Notes: generated by a model not told the origin, from the sequence alone. A DNA stretch of 64,000 nt from Patescibacteria group bacterium (GCA_041649715.1 JBAZMP010000001.1:436638-500637); one strand, 5' to 3'. Positions 1 through 10,190 are shown, counted from the first letter of the stretch. Translations and numbers: made by a program.

Positions 1-1605
1 ACTGCCGTAATGAGGATCAGGAGGATTAGCGTCGGGATCAACTGGATTACATTCGTTTGCCACATAGTCAAACCCGGCTGAACCGCAAATTTTTACATTA
101 TTTTGCACCGTAATCTTGCCGTAAGTAGAGGGGAAATTTATCGAATCAGCCATTAATAAACCGCTTGAGGGACCGTAAGCGCTGTCCAGCACTAATATAC
201 AGTTTTCCGGCAGGGTAATGTTGCCGGTTACCCAAAGCGTCCCGGTTAAAGTGACAGTTATATTGTTGCTCGGCGTAAAATCACAGTCTAATATTCCCGG
301 ACCTAGACTAATATCCGCGTTGGGCGCACAGTGGGCGGCATCCGAATAAGTGGTGCCGGCGGTCGCGTCTTGGCGCCAGTCAAGAATATTACCGTCGGAC
401 ACAGGCAGGGCTTCGAAAGGCGGATCTTCGCTATCCGGGTAAGCGGTGCCGTTCGTTAGGGGGTCGCAGGGAGGATTTAATGGGTTATTTAGGAAATTAA
501 GGGAGGCGTTGTCTATGCTTTGATAATAAGCATCGCCACAGATTTGAGTGTTAGTAATCGTGTTGGCGTGAGCGTGATTCTTGACTATTACATCACTTAG
601 GGTAGTAGGCAGACCGCCCATCCAGATTTTAAAATTAAAATCACCGTCCGCTTCATTCCAAATCGGATTTGTTTCATTGCAGTCGGTGGTATACAGAGAA
701 ACGCCGTTTCCATTGCCCTCCTCGGTATCATTGCCAATAGAAAAGTATTTGCTTGGGCTGTCCGTGGAGTCGATAATCGCCCAATACCAGGTGTTGGCCG
801 TAAGATCCGCCGGTGAAGGAAAAGAATAATTGACCCAAGCGTAATTCTCGCCGATCCTGTCGGCGTAAAGGGTGGTGGAGGCTAATTCCGTTTTTGTGGG
901 AGTGCCCGAGCCATTATCGGTGACAATTTTAATGGTTTGATTTGAGGGATTACCGATCTTTTTGATATAAAAGGATATTTGGGAAAGTTTGCCCGTTTTA
1001 GTTGGCCTGAAACTTTGGGCGACATCAATTATATCGGTGCCGCTTTTAGCAAAAATTCGATCACTTTTATAAACCGACCAGGTATGGTCGAGTGTCATCC
1101 CGGTGGCAACATAGGCGTCGCCAGTTATTTTAGCGCCGGAACTGCCGACAATGCTGCCGTCGGAATATATGCTTCCATTGACCATTGAATTATTATTCAT
1201 AAGCATGCCGCCTACTCCCACTTGGACACCATAACGGAAAGAGATGCTATCGGTATTTAATTCCACTTGCGTCCTCACTATTTTGGTCGTTGTTGGATTG
1301 GTCGCGTTAGGGTAATAGCCGATTGACTCCACTTGCTTAAGATTGTTACTGCCGGAAATTGTGGTCACAAAATCGCCTTTTTCCAAAGTTACCGTTTCCG
1401 TACCATTAGCTGGATTGATGTTCAATCTCTGCAGGGCGGAGTCCAGGCCCGCTTCCGCAAGATCAAAAGCTATTTTCTGCTGGTACCTTTTTTGGATGGC
1501 GTAATTGTTGCCCAGGATTAAGCTGACGAGTACCGCCACCAGTAAAACGATGACACTTAAAAAAAGGGCGGCGATGACTAAGATTTGTCCTCTTGGCTTT
1601 TTCAC
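1..1605 (-). CDS. Large PilX-N-like minor pilin / pilus-associated surface protein, partial (C-terminus runs off the window start). The start is probably the GTG whose reverse-complement is at 1603-1605.
   Basis: My manual translation of the minus strand gives an uninterrupted frame of more than 530 aa from the GTG at 1603-1605 to position 1. The N-terminus, VKKPRGQILVIAALFLSVIVLLVAVLVSLIL, resembles the PilX_N hydrophobic anchor. The rest is Thr/Asn/Gly-rich and reads like a beta-rich surface protein. It lies directly downstream of the prepilin genes. It is absent from the ORF track because no stop codon falls inside the window. Confidence 0.5.
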   Translation of the reverse strand, partial: MKKPRGQILVIAALFLSVIVLLVAVLVSLILGNNYAIQKRYQQKIAFDLAEAGLDSALQRLNINPANGTETVTLEKGDFVTTISGSNNLKQVESIGYYPNATNPTTTKIVRTQVELNTDSISFRYGVQVGVGGMLMNNNSMVNGSIYSDGSIVGSSGAKITGDAYVATGMTLDHTWSVYKSDRIFAKSGTDIIDVAQSFRPTKTGKLSQISFYIKKIGNPSNQTIKIVTDNGSGTPTKTELASTTLYADRIGENYAWVNYSFPSPADLTANTWYWAIIDSTDSPSKYFSIGNDTEEGNGNGVSLYTTDCNETNPIWNEADGDFNFKIWMGGLPTTLSDVIVKNHAHANTITNTQICGDAYYQSIDNASLNFLNNPLNPPCDPLTNGTAYPDSEDPPFEALPVSDGNILDWRQDATAGTTYSDAAHCAPNADISLGPGILDCDFTPSNNITVTLTGTLWVTGNITLPENCILVLDSAYGPSSGLLMADSINFPSTYGKITVQNNVKICGSAGFDYVANECNPVDPDANPPDPHYGS

Positions 1606-1606
1606 G

Positions 1607-2179
1607 TCATTTATTCCTTAAATAGGCGCTGGATTGGGAAATGATCTCTTTTTCCAGGCCTTTATATTTCTTTGTCATAATTTCCGTCACGTAAACTACG
1701 CTGGCTTGCGTGGGATTGACTTTATTATAGCGAAAAATTATTTTTTTCACAAAATTAGCGACGACTCTTGTTCCATCCGCCCGGCCCGTGCTGGCCGGGT
1801 CGGCATCGATAAGCAATTTTAGCGTTGTTCCATCCAGGTAAAAGATAAAATAATCGTACTTATCCGCCACTGTATTATTATTGACATCAACGGAGTTTAC
1901 TTTTAAAACCAGCTTTGACGGCCCGGATGACTGGGTCGGTGTAACCTCCGGATAATTTGTGACATTTAGGGCCAGATTGGTTTGTTTTGTTATTTCACGC
2001 ATCGCCGTGGCGCCCTCCTGTTGCAAATCTAGATACACTTGTTGTTCACCGACCACGTTGTAAGCGGTAATAATGATGGCATAGGTTGCCGTAGATAAAA
2101 TAGCAAGAATACCAATCGTAATGAGGGTTTCCGTCAGCGTCACTCCCGTTGTTGTTTTTTTACTTGAGATGAAGGCCAT
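1607..2179 (-). CDS. Type IV pilin-like protein (prepilin-type N-terminal cleavage/methylation domain).
   Basis: N-terminus KKTTTGVTLTETLITIGILAIL, i.e. G|VTLTE with Glu at +5, followed by a hydrophobic helix. It sits in the pilus operon. Confidence 0.7.
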   Translation of the reverse strand: MAFISSKKTTTGVTLTETLITIGILAILSTATYAIIITAYNVVGEQQVYLDLQQEGATAMREITKQTNLALNVTNYPEVTPTQSSGPSKLVLKVNSVDVNNNTVADKYDYFIFYLDGTTLKLLIDADPASTGRADGTRVVANFVKKIIFRYNKVNPTQASVVYVTEIMTKKYKGLEKEIISQSSAYLRNK

Positions 2180-3128
2180 ATTTGCTGATCAAGGTTTGTA
2201 AGCTAACTTCGCGATTACGGTTACCTTCTCGCCATAGGACTTTGGCGGTTATTTTTTTGATATCCGCTGAGCTGTTGTGATCCTGGATAGTAAGCGTTGT
2301 CTGGCCGGCGGGCAGATCATTGATACCTAATCTTTCCCAGCCGTCAGCCACCTGGTCATGCGGACCCGAAACGAAATCACCGTTGGTCACGAGAGTTCCG
2401 TCGATTTTTATGTCGTCAAAATAAGCATGCACCGAATTTAAGCCGAGCAGGGCCGCTTTGCCGGAACTCAGACTGGCGTCGGTAATAGAGGCAAGCTCGA
2501 CTGAATTGCGGTAAATTTTTATGTTGCCGGCGCTTATTTGTGCTTTATAGGTATACCAAATATCAAAGGCCGTGGCTGGCGCGGCGCTATAGAGGGTTAA
2601 TTCTACACCCGCCACTTTTTTGATAAGACTTAAATTATTCGGAGAAAAACTCAGCTGGTAATAATTATTCTTATCCTGATAATAGAAATAAAGACCAGCT
2701 CGCCAGCCAGTCGGTGAACCAGATGATAATATTTTGATATCGCCTTCCAGAATAATATTTTGCAGATCTCCCAGGGGTAAAAGCTGCAAGCCGGTAACTC
2801 CGGAGAGACTACCCGGTGATTTCAGTTCATAAACATGTCTGGTGTCATCGAGAACGACTTGCCAGTCGCCAACGTTATAGGCGACATTCATAAAGTTGTT
2901 GTCCGCCGGTTGGACCAGCTTATCAAAAGTCAAGCTTCTTAGAGCTTCGATCTCTTCCTGGGCCAGTTCGTATGCGTGTATCAAATTTTTATTGGAAGAA
3001 GAAAGGTCTATATAACGGGAAATACTGGCAAATACATAAATCAGAAGAGAAACGACAAAGATACTCATGATCGCTTCTATTAAGCTTACCCCCGAAGTTT
3101 TTTTAGGGAATTTAGAGAATAGGTTCAT
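2160..3128 (-). CDS. Prepilin-type pilin/pseudopilin, 322 aa, with a large C-terminal domain.
   Basis: N-terminus KKTSGVSLIEAIMSIFVVSLLIYVF, the canonical G|VSLIE class III signal plus a TM helix. Confidence 0.7.
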   Translation of the reverse strand: MNLFSKFPKKTSGVSLIEAIMSIFVVSLLIYVFASISRYIDLSSSNKNLIHAYELAQEEIEALRSLTFDKLVQPADNNFMNVAYNVGDWQVVLDDTRHVYELKSPGSLSGVTGLQLLPLGDLQNIILEGDIKILSSGSPTGWRAGLYFYYQDKNNYYQLSFSPNNLSLIKKVAGVELTLYSAAPATAFDIWYTYKAQISAGNIKIYRNSVELASITDASLSSGKAALLGLNSVHAYFDDIKIDGTLVTNGDFVSGPHDQVADGWERLGINDLPAGQTTLTIQDHNSSADIKKITAKVLWREGNRNREVSLQTLISKYGLHLK

Positions 3129-3133
3129 TGATT

Positions 3134-4351
3134 TTATATCGCTTCCGAAAGGGAGTAAATGGGTAAAATAATGGCGGCGACGAGTAAGGCGGTGGCGGCG
3201 CCCAAAACAAGCATGATAACCGGCTCGATAATGGTCGAAAGATTGCTCATCGTCTGATCCACTTCTTCTTCGTAAAAACTGGCTAGTTCTTCTGAGATGG
3301 TATCCAAAGTGCCGCTTTCTTCACCCACGGCGATCATTTGTATGATGACCGGGGTAAAAAGGGTGGGGTAAACTTCAAGGCATTTTTGGACCGTGGCTCC
3401 GGTTTTCAATTTTTCCCCCGCTTCCTTCATGGCGTTTTGGTAATGGACATTGCCTAAGGTTTTACCGATAATTTCGAATGTTTTCACGATGGGAATATCC
3501 GTGGCTAAAAGGGAGTTCAGACTGCGGCTGAAACGGGCAAGATTGACTTTTTTAACGATTGGGCCGAAGATCGGTAATTTCAAAATTATTTTATGGTATG
3601 TGTATCTTCCTTTTTTTGTTCTTAAAAGACGACGTATCCCAAAAAACAAGAGGATCAAGCCCATGAAAGCCCAAAGGCCCTGATTGATCATAAAATCGCT
3701 GAGAGACATCAATACGCGGGTTATCAAAGGAAGTTGGGCGCCGGCCTCGGAAAAGACGCTGGCCAGTTGTGGGATGACGTAAACCATCATGGCAATGCCG
3801 ATGCCAACCATCGCGATTACTATGATAATAGGATAGGTCATCGCGCCTTTTATTTTCGCGATCAGCGCGTGATCTTTGCGCATTTGGACGGCCAGCCTTT
3901 TTAAGACCTCATCTAATTTTCCCGAGGCTTCTCCGGCCGCGATCATATTGATGAACAATTCAGAAAAATATTTTTTATGCTTTTCCAGGGCTCGGGAAAG
4001 AGTGACGCCGCTTTCCACTTCATTTTTTAAATCCAGAATGATTGATTTAAGTTTTTTTGAGCTTGTCTGTTCCGCGAGCACGCCTAAAGCTCGGCCGATA
4101 GAAAAACCAGTCCGCATCATGACTTCGAGATTGTTAACAAAAAATATTTTTTGGGTCGAGGGTATGGACCGTAAACGTTCAAGCAGCGAAGTTATATTAA
4201 ACGAAGATTTTTTCTTCACGATTTCAAAGCTAGTAAGGATTAGATTTTGTTCTCTGAGTTTTTGGGTCAGCTCCTCTTCGTTACGAGCCGACATATTGCC
4301 TTTGGTAACGCCTCCTTTTTGATTGCGAGTGGTGTAATAATAATTGGCCAT
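3134..4351 (-). CDS. pilC: Type IV pilus assembly platform protein PilC (GspF family).
   Basis: 405 aa polytopic membrane protein with the duplicated GspF-type domain architecture, immediately downstream of the PilB ATPase. Confidence 0.85.
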   Translation of the reverse strand: MANYYYTTRNQKGGVTKGNMSARNEEELTQKLREQNLILTSFEIVKKKSSFNITSLLERLRSIPSTQKIFFVNNLEVMMRTGFSIGRALGVLAEQTSSKKLKSIILDLKNEVESGVTLSRALEKHKKYFSELFINMIAAGEASGKLDEVLKRLAVQMRKDHALIAKIKGAMTYPIIIVIAMVGIGIAMMVYVIPQLASVFSEAGAQLPLITRVLMSLSDFMINQGLWAFMGLILLFFGIRRLLRTKKGRYTYHKIILKLPIFGPIVKKVNLARFSRSLNSLLATDIPIVKTFEIIGKTLGNVHYQNAMKEAGEKLKTGATVQKCLEVYPTLFTPVIIQMIAVGEESGTLDTISEELASFYEEEVDQTMSNLSTIIEPVIMLVLGAATALLVAAIILPIYSLSEAI

Positions 4352-4354
4352 AAA

Positions 4355-6082
4355 TTATTCTTGAGTTACTCTTAAAATTTCTTCGATGGTTGTGATGCCC
4401 ATTTTGGCTTTGACAAAGCCATCCTGGGTAATCGTGATCATCCCATCCTTTTCCGCGGCTTTTTGGATTTCTCCGGATGAGGAACCCTCCAAAATTAATT
4501 TGGTTACGTTTTCCGTATTTTCAAGAATTTCATAAATGCCGATTCGGCCCTTATATCCCTCCCCGTTGCATTTTTTGCAGCCTTTACCCCGGTAAAATAA
4601 AAGGGTGTCAAGGGGTTGATTGGCGGAAATAATTGCCCCCTCTCTTTCTAGGGCGTTTAGGATCTCCTTGAAATTCACTTGTTTTTCCAACTGCTCAATA
4701 TTTTTTTTCGTTAAAGCATAACTTTCAATGCAGCCGAGGCAAATTTTCCGGACTAATCTTTGGGCGATAATAATGTTAGTCGTGGATGCGATCAAAAAGG
4801 AGGGGACGCCCATCTCTTCCAAGCGGGGGAGGGCGGTGGCGGCATCATTGGTATGCAAGGTAGATAAAACCAGATGGCCGGTCATGGCGGAGTGAATGGC
4901 TATTTCCGCTGTTTCTTTATCGCGGATTTCACCCACCATTATGATATTTGGATCCTGACGGAGGAGGGATCTTAAGCCGGTGGCAAAAGTAAAGCCGATA
5001 CGCGGATTGACCTGGCTTTGATTGATGCGCGGCATACGGTATTCGATCGGATCTTCAATCGTGGAAATATTAATCTTGGGAGAATTAAGGATGTGCATGA
5101 TGCTGTAAAGAGTCGTCGTTTTTCCGGAACCGGTGGGGCCGGTGACCAAGACGACGCCATGAGGTTTCTTCATGTTTTTTTTGACGATTTCAAGCTGTTT
5201 TTTCAAAAAACCAAGCTGTTCCAGAGTGGAAACCTGGGCGGATTCGCGGAGTAAGCGCAAAACGACCTTCTCTCCGTCGAAAACGGGGATAATCGAGACG
5301 CGGAATGAAACTTTTTGCGTTTCAATATTTATCTTAAAACGCCCATCCTGGGGAAGGCGATGCTCGTCTATTTTTAAATTTGAAAGGATTTTTATTCTCG
5401 CGACAACTCCGGTCTGGACGTTTTTGGGCAAAGTCATGACATCCTTTAAAATACCGTCAATTCGGTAGCGGATGACGGTGTCTGTCTCCGTCGGCTCAAT
5501 GTGAATGTCTGAAGCGGCTTCAAAGATGGCGTATTCTAAGACAGTATCCACGATTCTAACTACCGGTAGATCTTCCGCCAGCTTTTTCAGGTCTTTTTCC
5601 GCCGAAACCGTTTCTTCGTTAGCTTGGGAAATTTCTTTAAATTCCGCCTTGAGGCCCTTATGGTACTGTTTTAGGGCGGATTTTACGCTTTCGGGCGTGG
5701 TAACATAAATAATGGGCTTTAGATTGGTTTTCTTTTCGATGAACTCGAAAGTTTGCAAATCAAAAGGGTCAAGGCAGGCGACCTTCATTTCCTCTTTTGT
5801 TTTGTCAAAAGCAAAAATGCCATGAACCTGGACAATGGGTTCTGGTATGAGATCTAAGATATCCTTGCGGATAATCTGGTCTTTTAAATCAATAAAGGGG
5901 TATTTAAGATGACGCGCAATTATTTCGTAGAGTTGGGGTTCAGAGGCGAGATTCTTGTCAATCAGATAGTTTTGGAGATTTTTGCCTTCTTCGTGGGATT
6001 TTTTTATCACTTCCTCTATATTTGCATCGTCAATGATTTTTTCCTTTATCAGTAGACTTTTTAATTCCTCCTCCTTTATCAT
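4355..6082 (-). CDS. pilB: Type IV pilus assembly ATPase PilB (GspE family).
   Basis: Walker A VLVTGPTGSGKTTTLYS, a GEIRD Asp-box, a C-terminal tetracysteine zinc motif CLGC...CKKCNGEG, and an N-terminal GSPII_E_N-like domain. Confidence 0.9.
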   Translation of the reverse strand: MIKEEELKSLLIKEKIIDDANIEEVIKKSHEEGKNLQNYLIDKNLASEPQLYEIIARHLKYPFIDLKDQIIRKDILDLIPEPIVQVHGIFAFDKTKEEMKVACLDPFDLQTFEFIEKKTNLKPIIYVTTPESVKSALKQYHKGLKAEFKEISQANEETVSAEKDLKKLAEDLPVVRIVDTVLEYAIFEAASDIHIEPTETDTVIRYRIDGILKDVMTLPKNVQTGVVARIKILSNLKIDEHRLPQDGRFKINIETQKVSFRVSIIPVFDGEKVVLRLLRESAQVSTLEQLGFLKKQLEIVKKNMKKPHGVVLVTGPTGSGKTTTLYSIMHILNSPKINISTIEDPIEYRMPRINQSQVNPRIGFTFATGLRSLLRQDPNIIMVGEIRDKETAEIAIHSAMTGHLVLSTLHTNDAATALPRLEEMGVPSFLIASTTNIIIAQRLVRKICLGCIESYALTKKNIEQLEKQVNFKEILNALEREGAIISANQPLDTLLFYRGKGCKKCNGEGYKGRIGIYEILENTENVTKLILEGSSSGEIQKAAEKDGMITITQDGFVKAKMGITTIEEILRVTQE

Positions 6083-6152
6083 TTTTGTTTTTGATTATAT
6101 GCCAATATTATTTCTATATTATATCATATATCGCGTCTTTAGTCAATTTGAC

Positions 6153-7922
6153 TTAGAACTTGTATATATAGATTGAATGGCCGATTATCTTGATTGGATG
6201 ATAATTTTGCATCCAGGTGTAATTCCTGGTCGGATCAAAAAGTACCGTGGCGCTGATTACATAATAACCTTTTTGAGGGGCGGACTTTTCTACTGCTTGG
6301 TTATCAGGCATAGTTATCTCGCCTTTAATGTAATAATTGGCTTCCAGACTGCCAAAAAGCAAAGAATGGAACTCCTTGATCTTATTTTCTTCAAGATAGA
6401 TTTTTAGGCGTTTAATATCCTGCCCCCAGTCCAAATTAGAATCAGAAAGATATTTGTAACCCTGATTGCTGCCGCCGATTAAGCCATTGAAGTAAGCAAG
6501 ATAAGAAGGGAAACTCAGGATATTGCCAATTAAATAAAAGAGCAGCAGGGCATAAAGGGTGTAACGGCCTAGATATTTAAGCCGTGGAGACCAGGCGGTT
6601 AACTTAATAAACGAGGCGGCCACAATGAATACAAGGGGATAAATCGGGAAAATATGACGAACGCCAAGATTTAAATGACTGGTCAGGCTCCAGGCAAAAT
6701 AGATGAAAGGGGGTAAGGCGATTAAATAGTAATCAAAAGGAATGGACTTAAGGCGGGTCCCCAGGGATTGGAAGGTTTTTATATTTTTAATTATCCGATA
6801 AATGACATAAATAATGCTTGAAAAAAATAGGATAATGGTCACCGTCGGCGTTTTTACCAAAAAGGCAATGATAAAATAATACCACCAGCCGAAATTCCGA
6901 GCCTCGCCCAAAAGATAGGCTCCATGCCCATTGGCATTATGGCTTAAAACGCTGAATAAACCCTGCCAGTAGGTATAGGCGGGTACCGGGACGACGTTAG
7001 CAAAGCGGTAGAGGAATTTTCCAATCGGTTTTTCAGGATCACCAATACCTAGCAGAAAATGGTTAAGAGGCAACTGATTATTTTCTTGATCGTTTGCGAT
7101 TATTTCAGTTCTTTGCTGATAAAGTTTTTGGACCCGAGGGTCATCAATCGGTTTCTTAAACTCAAAACGATAAAACACAAATATAAGAACAGAGGTTACG
7201 CCGAAAAATACAAGAAATACTTTGATGAACTTTTTAAAGCCTTGTCTTGAATTTTGGCGGCCGATAAGCCAGTTGACGAAATAAAGAGATACCAAAATAG
7301 GGATTAAAATGAATGCCGAATATTTTGTAAGCATGGCGAAAGAGAACATGACGGCCGCCGTGATCAACCTCAGACGAGAAGGGTTTTTTAAATATTGTCC
7401 GAAATAGTATATACTTAATAAGAAAAATAGTGTTAAAGGGACATCGGTGGTGACCAAATGGCTGTGGCCCAAGAAGTTGGGGCTTAGGGCATACAAAAAA
7501 AGAGCCAATAACCCCCCTTTTGTCCCCCAAAGCTCTTTCGCCCATTTATAGATAAAATAGCCCAAGATCAGGCCAAGGATAATCGGAAAAATACGCGCCG
7601 TGAATATGATTATGTCGGCGTTAATATTATTATGGTAGATGAAGGCACGCCCGAAAGACCATTCGTTGTTTTCCGCAAGGGAGGGATAGTCGATTGAAAG
7701 CTGGGGCCGAAAAAAAAGAAGAGGGAGGGCGGCAAAAAGCTTGACCAGGGGGGGGTGCTCTGGGTTTAGTAGATAATTTCCGGTCAGCCAGTAGCTGTAA
7801 CCGGCCGAGATATGAGGCCCTTCATCAATGGTTTGCGAATCGGTGGCCGCTAAATATAGATTCAGGCCGGCGAATATGGCCAGAAGCAAGAAAAGAATAA
7901 TTTTTTCAAAATTTTTCGGCAT
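6153..7922 (-). CDS. GT39/ArnT-like polyprenyl-phosphate-dependent glycosyltransferase (PMT_2 family), 589 aa membrane protein.
   Basis: N-terminal DEGPHISAGYSY...EHPPLVKLF loop motif characteristic of ArnT/PMT family transferases, followed by more than 10 hydrophobic helices. Confidence 0.75.
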   Translation of the reverse strand: MPKNFEKIILFLLLAIFAGLNLYLAATDSQTIDEGPHISAGYSYWLTGNYLLNPEHPPLVKLFAALPLLFFRPQLSIDYPSLAENNEWSFGRAFIYHNNINADIIIFTARIFPIILGLILGYFIYKWAKELWGTKGGLLALFLYALSPNFLGHSHLVTTDVPLTLFFLLSIYYFGQYLKNPSRLRLITAAVMFSFAMLTKYSAFILIPILVSLYFVNWLIGRQNSRQGFKKFIKVFLVFFGVTSVLIFVFYRFEFKKPIDDPRVQKLYQQRTEIIANDQENNQLPLNHFLLGIGDPEKPIGKFLYRFANVVPVPAYTYWQGLFSVLSHNANGHGAYLLGEARNFGWWYYFIIAFLVKTPTVTIILFFSSIIYVIYRIIKNIKTFQSLGTRLKSIPFDYYLIALPPFIYFAWSLTSHLNLGVRHIFPIYPLVFIVAASFIKLTAWSPRLKYLGRYTLYALLLFYLIGNILSFPSYLAYFNGLIGGSNQGYKYLSDSNLDWGQDIKRLKIYLEENKIKEFHSLLFGSLEANYYIKGEITMPDNQAVEKSAPQKGYYVISATVLFDPTRNYTWMQNYHPIKIIGHSIYIYKF

Positions 7923-8295
7923 GACGACTCACGAAAATATTAAAAAAATAAATTTAAAGGTATTTTACCAGAATAAGCTTTTTTTGATCAATTTATTGTT
8001 CAGTGTTTTGATAAATCTTGCAACCTGGCTTTTGCTTTCTTTAGAATTTAAAGCGCAAAGTGATCCCGTTATTCTTCATTATAACATTTATTTCGGCATC
8101 GACCTAATCGGTCCCTGGTATAGAGTTTATCTCATGCCACTTTTTGGTTTTATTTGCTTCTTTATTAATTTTTTTCTTTCGGTTATAATTTATGCGAAAG
8201 AGAAGCTCTTAAGCTATTTCCTGGTCTTTATCTCTAGCTTAATGCAAATAATCCTGATTATCGCCACCATTTTCATAATTTTTCAAAATTTATAA
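7828..8295 (+). CDS. Hypothetical small hydrophobic protein. Possibly a spurious ORF in an AT-rich divergent intergenic region.
   Basis: Its start overlaps the 5' end of the minus-strand GT39 gene. Composition is very AT-rich and I recognise no motif. Confidence 0.25.
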   Translation: MVCESVAAKYRFRPANMARSKKRIIFSKFFGMTTHENIKKINLKVFYQNKLFLINLLFSVLINLATWLLLSLEFKAQSDPVILHYNIYFGIDLIGPWYRVYLMPLFGFICFFINFFLSVIIYAKEKLLSYFLVFISSLMQIILIIATIFIIFQNL

Positions 8296-8297
8296 TA

Positions 8298-9341
8298 ATG
8301 CTTGACTCAAATTTTAACATCATAAAGATTTTTATCTTGACCACTGTTTCTTTCGGCGTCTCCATTATTTTGACCCCGGCGTTGACCCATTATCTTTATA
8401 AATACAAGCTCGGTAAAAAAATTCGGAGCGATGAAGGAACGCCAATTTATTCAAAGATGCATGCCGATAAATCCGGCACGCCAACCATGGGCGGTTTGTT
8501 AATCTGGCTGACCACGCTAATATTAGTCTTCTTGGTTTATTTTTTGGGTAAAATAACCCCCGTCGTATTTATTCAAAAGCTAAATTTTCTTTCCCGGCCA
8601 CAGACCTATTTGCCCCTGGCGTCGCTGGTGGCCGCCGCCTTGATAGGATTATTTGATGATATAATAGATATAAGGCGGGAAAAAGGCGGCGGTTTGCGCG
8701 TTAGACAAAGATTAGTCATTTTCACAATTATTGCCGTGGTCGGCGCTCTTTGGTTTTATTTTAAATTAGATTGGACGACTATTCATGTTCCCTTTATCGG
8801 TAATTTCGACATCGGGGCCTGGTATATCCCTATTTTTATCTTTATTATCGTCGCCACCTCTTTTTCCGTGAACGAAGCGGACGGTCTGGACGGTCTGGCG
8901 GGCGGAATATTGCTCGCCTCTTTTGTCGCTTTTGGCGCGATTGCTTTAGCCCAAGGCCGGGCGGAGCTCGCGACTTTTTGCGGCGTCATTGCCGGGGCAC
9001 TTTTCGCTTTTTTGTGGTTTAATATCCCGCCCGCCCGTTTTTTCATGGGCGATACCGGCTCAATGGCTCTGGGCGTGACCCTGGGGATAGTCGCCATGCT
9101 TACTAATGCCGCCTTACTTTTGCCGGTTATTTCTTTATTGTTGGTAATTGAATCGGGTTCTGTTATTATTCAGGTCCTTTCCAAAAAAATCCGTAAAAAG
9201 AAGATTTTCATTTCCGCCCCCATCCATCATCATTTGGAAGCGATCGGTTGGCCGGAATCTAAAATAGTCATGCGTTTCTGGATTATTTCCTCGGTAACCG
9301 CGGTGGTCGGCGTCGTAATATACTTAATGGACAGATTTTAA
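8298..9341 (+). CDS. mraY: Phospho-N-acetylmuramoyl-pentapeptide transferase MraY.
   Basis: Polytopic protein with the MraY motifs (DGLDGLAGG, PARFFMGDTGS, HHHLE). Confidence 0.9.
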   Translation: MLDSNFNIIKIFILTTVSFGVSIILTPALTHYLYKYKLGKKIRSDEGTPIYSKMHADKSGTPTMGGLLIWLTTLILVFLVYFLGKITPVVFIQKLNFLSRPQTYLPLASLVAAALIGLFDDIIDIRREKGGGLRVRQRLVIFTIIAVVGALWFYFKLDWTTIHVPFIGNFDIGAWYIPIFIFIIVATSFSVNEADGLDGLAGGILLASFVAFGAIALAQGRAELATFCGVIAGALFAFLWFNIPPARFFMGDTGSMALGVTLGIVAMLTNAALLLPVISLLLVIESGSVIIQVLSKKIRKKKIFISAPIHHHLEAIGWPESKIVMRFWIISSVTAVVGVVIYLMDRF

Positions 9342-9361
9342 TAATATACGTAAGAAAACAT

Positions 9362-9613
9362 ATGAAAAAATTGATTATTTCTCAATTTATTCTACTGTTG
9401 GCCGGCATGATCTTTGCCTGGACGAATTTTAGCATCGAGCTGGTTGATTGGTTGAATAAAAAATCCTGTACGACGGGCTGCAGCGTGGGTTTGAAAAATC
9501 CCTTTTTAACCCCGTGTTTTTACGGGGCGATTTGTTTCGCCATCGCTTTCGCCTTGAGCGCGGTGATTTTGAGAAAGTTTCTGAAAGAAAGAAAAGAATA
9601 TCAAAAGCCATAA
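9362..9613 (+). CDS. Small two-TM membrane protein with a CxxxC pair. Possibly a thiol-disulfide or VKOR-like fragment.
   Basis: 83 aa with two hydrophobic segments flanking CTTGC...C...C. No secure family assignment. Confidence 0.4.
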   Translation: MKKLIISQFILLLAGMIFAWTNFSIELVDWLNKKSCTTGCSVGLKNPFLTPCFYGAICFAIAFALSAVILRKFLKERKEYQKP

Positions 9614-9752
9614 CGGCCGGATTATTATTTTTTAAAGAGCCGTTCAAAAAAGAACGGCTTTTTTATCTTGACAAAAAGATGGTTTGGATCTAAATTACTA
9701 GTAATAAATTAGGCGGAAATATATACTCGTTCCTTTAGACGGAGGTGGAATA

Positions 9753-10190
9753 ATGCGGAAGCTATTTGCCTTTATTTTGAGCGTTCTTTTTATTCTTACA
9801 ATGGCCATTCCTGTTTTTGCTCAGCAAGAAAAGCCCATACATGTTCGTCAGGTGATCGAAAAACGTCTGTCCGAGGACGGTTTCTATCTGGGAAATCCGG
9901 GGTTTATCGATGGCTTGAGGTATGTAGAAAAATTGCCGGATAATCAGATAGTGATTTGGGGCTTGGGCGATTTTCGATTCAATGATTACGGACAACTGAT
10001 TCTTCCGCTGGACAACCTTACCCGACAATATGTCGATTTATCGGATCCTGCTTTGAGAGTGATCGTCGGCGACCACAATAAACTCATCGGCCAGCTAGCG
10101 GATTCATGTCTTGCCACGGGTTATCCGGAAAAGTATATGAAAGATGATGCCATTTTCTGGCTGCTTCAAGGCAAGAAGAAACAGCCGTAA
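9753..10190 (+). CDS. Secreted hypothetical protein with a signal peptide.
   Basis: N-terminus MRKLFAFILSVLFILTMAIPVFAQQ is a classic Sec signal with an AXA-like cleavage site. A terminator follows. Confidence 0.5.
   Translation: MRKLFAFILSVLFILTMAIPVFAQQEKPIHVRQVIEKRLSEDGFYLGNPGFIDGLRYVEKLPDNQIVIWGLGDFRFNDYGQLILPLDNLTRQYVDLSDPALRVIVGDHNKLIGQLADSCLATGYPEKYMKDDAIFWLLQGKKKQP

Noticed and set aside
581-1521. Three short plus-strand ORFs (581-829, 979-1188, 1333-1521).
   Set aside because: They lie antisense within a long uninterrupted minus-strand reading frame (the PilX-like protein). Their composition is that of shadow ORFs.
3450-5708. Plus-strand ORFs inside pilC and pilB (for example 3876-4322, 5172-5468).
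   Set aside because: Antisense shadows of confidently identified minus-strand genes.
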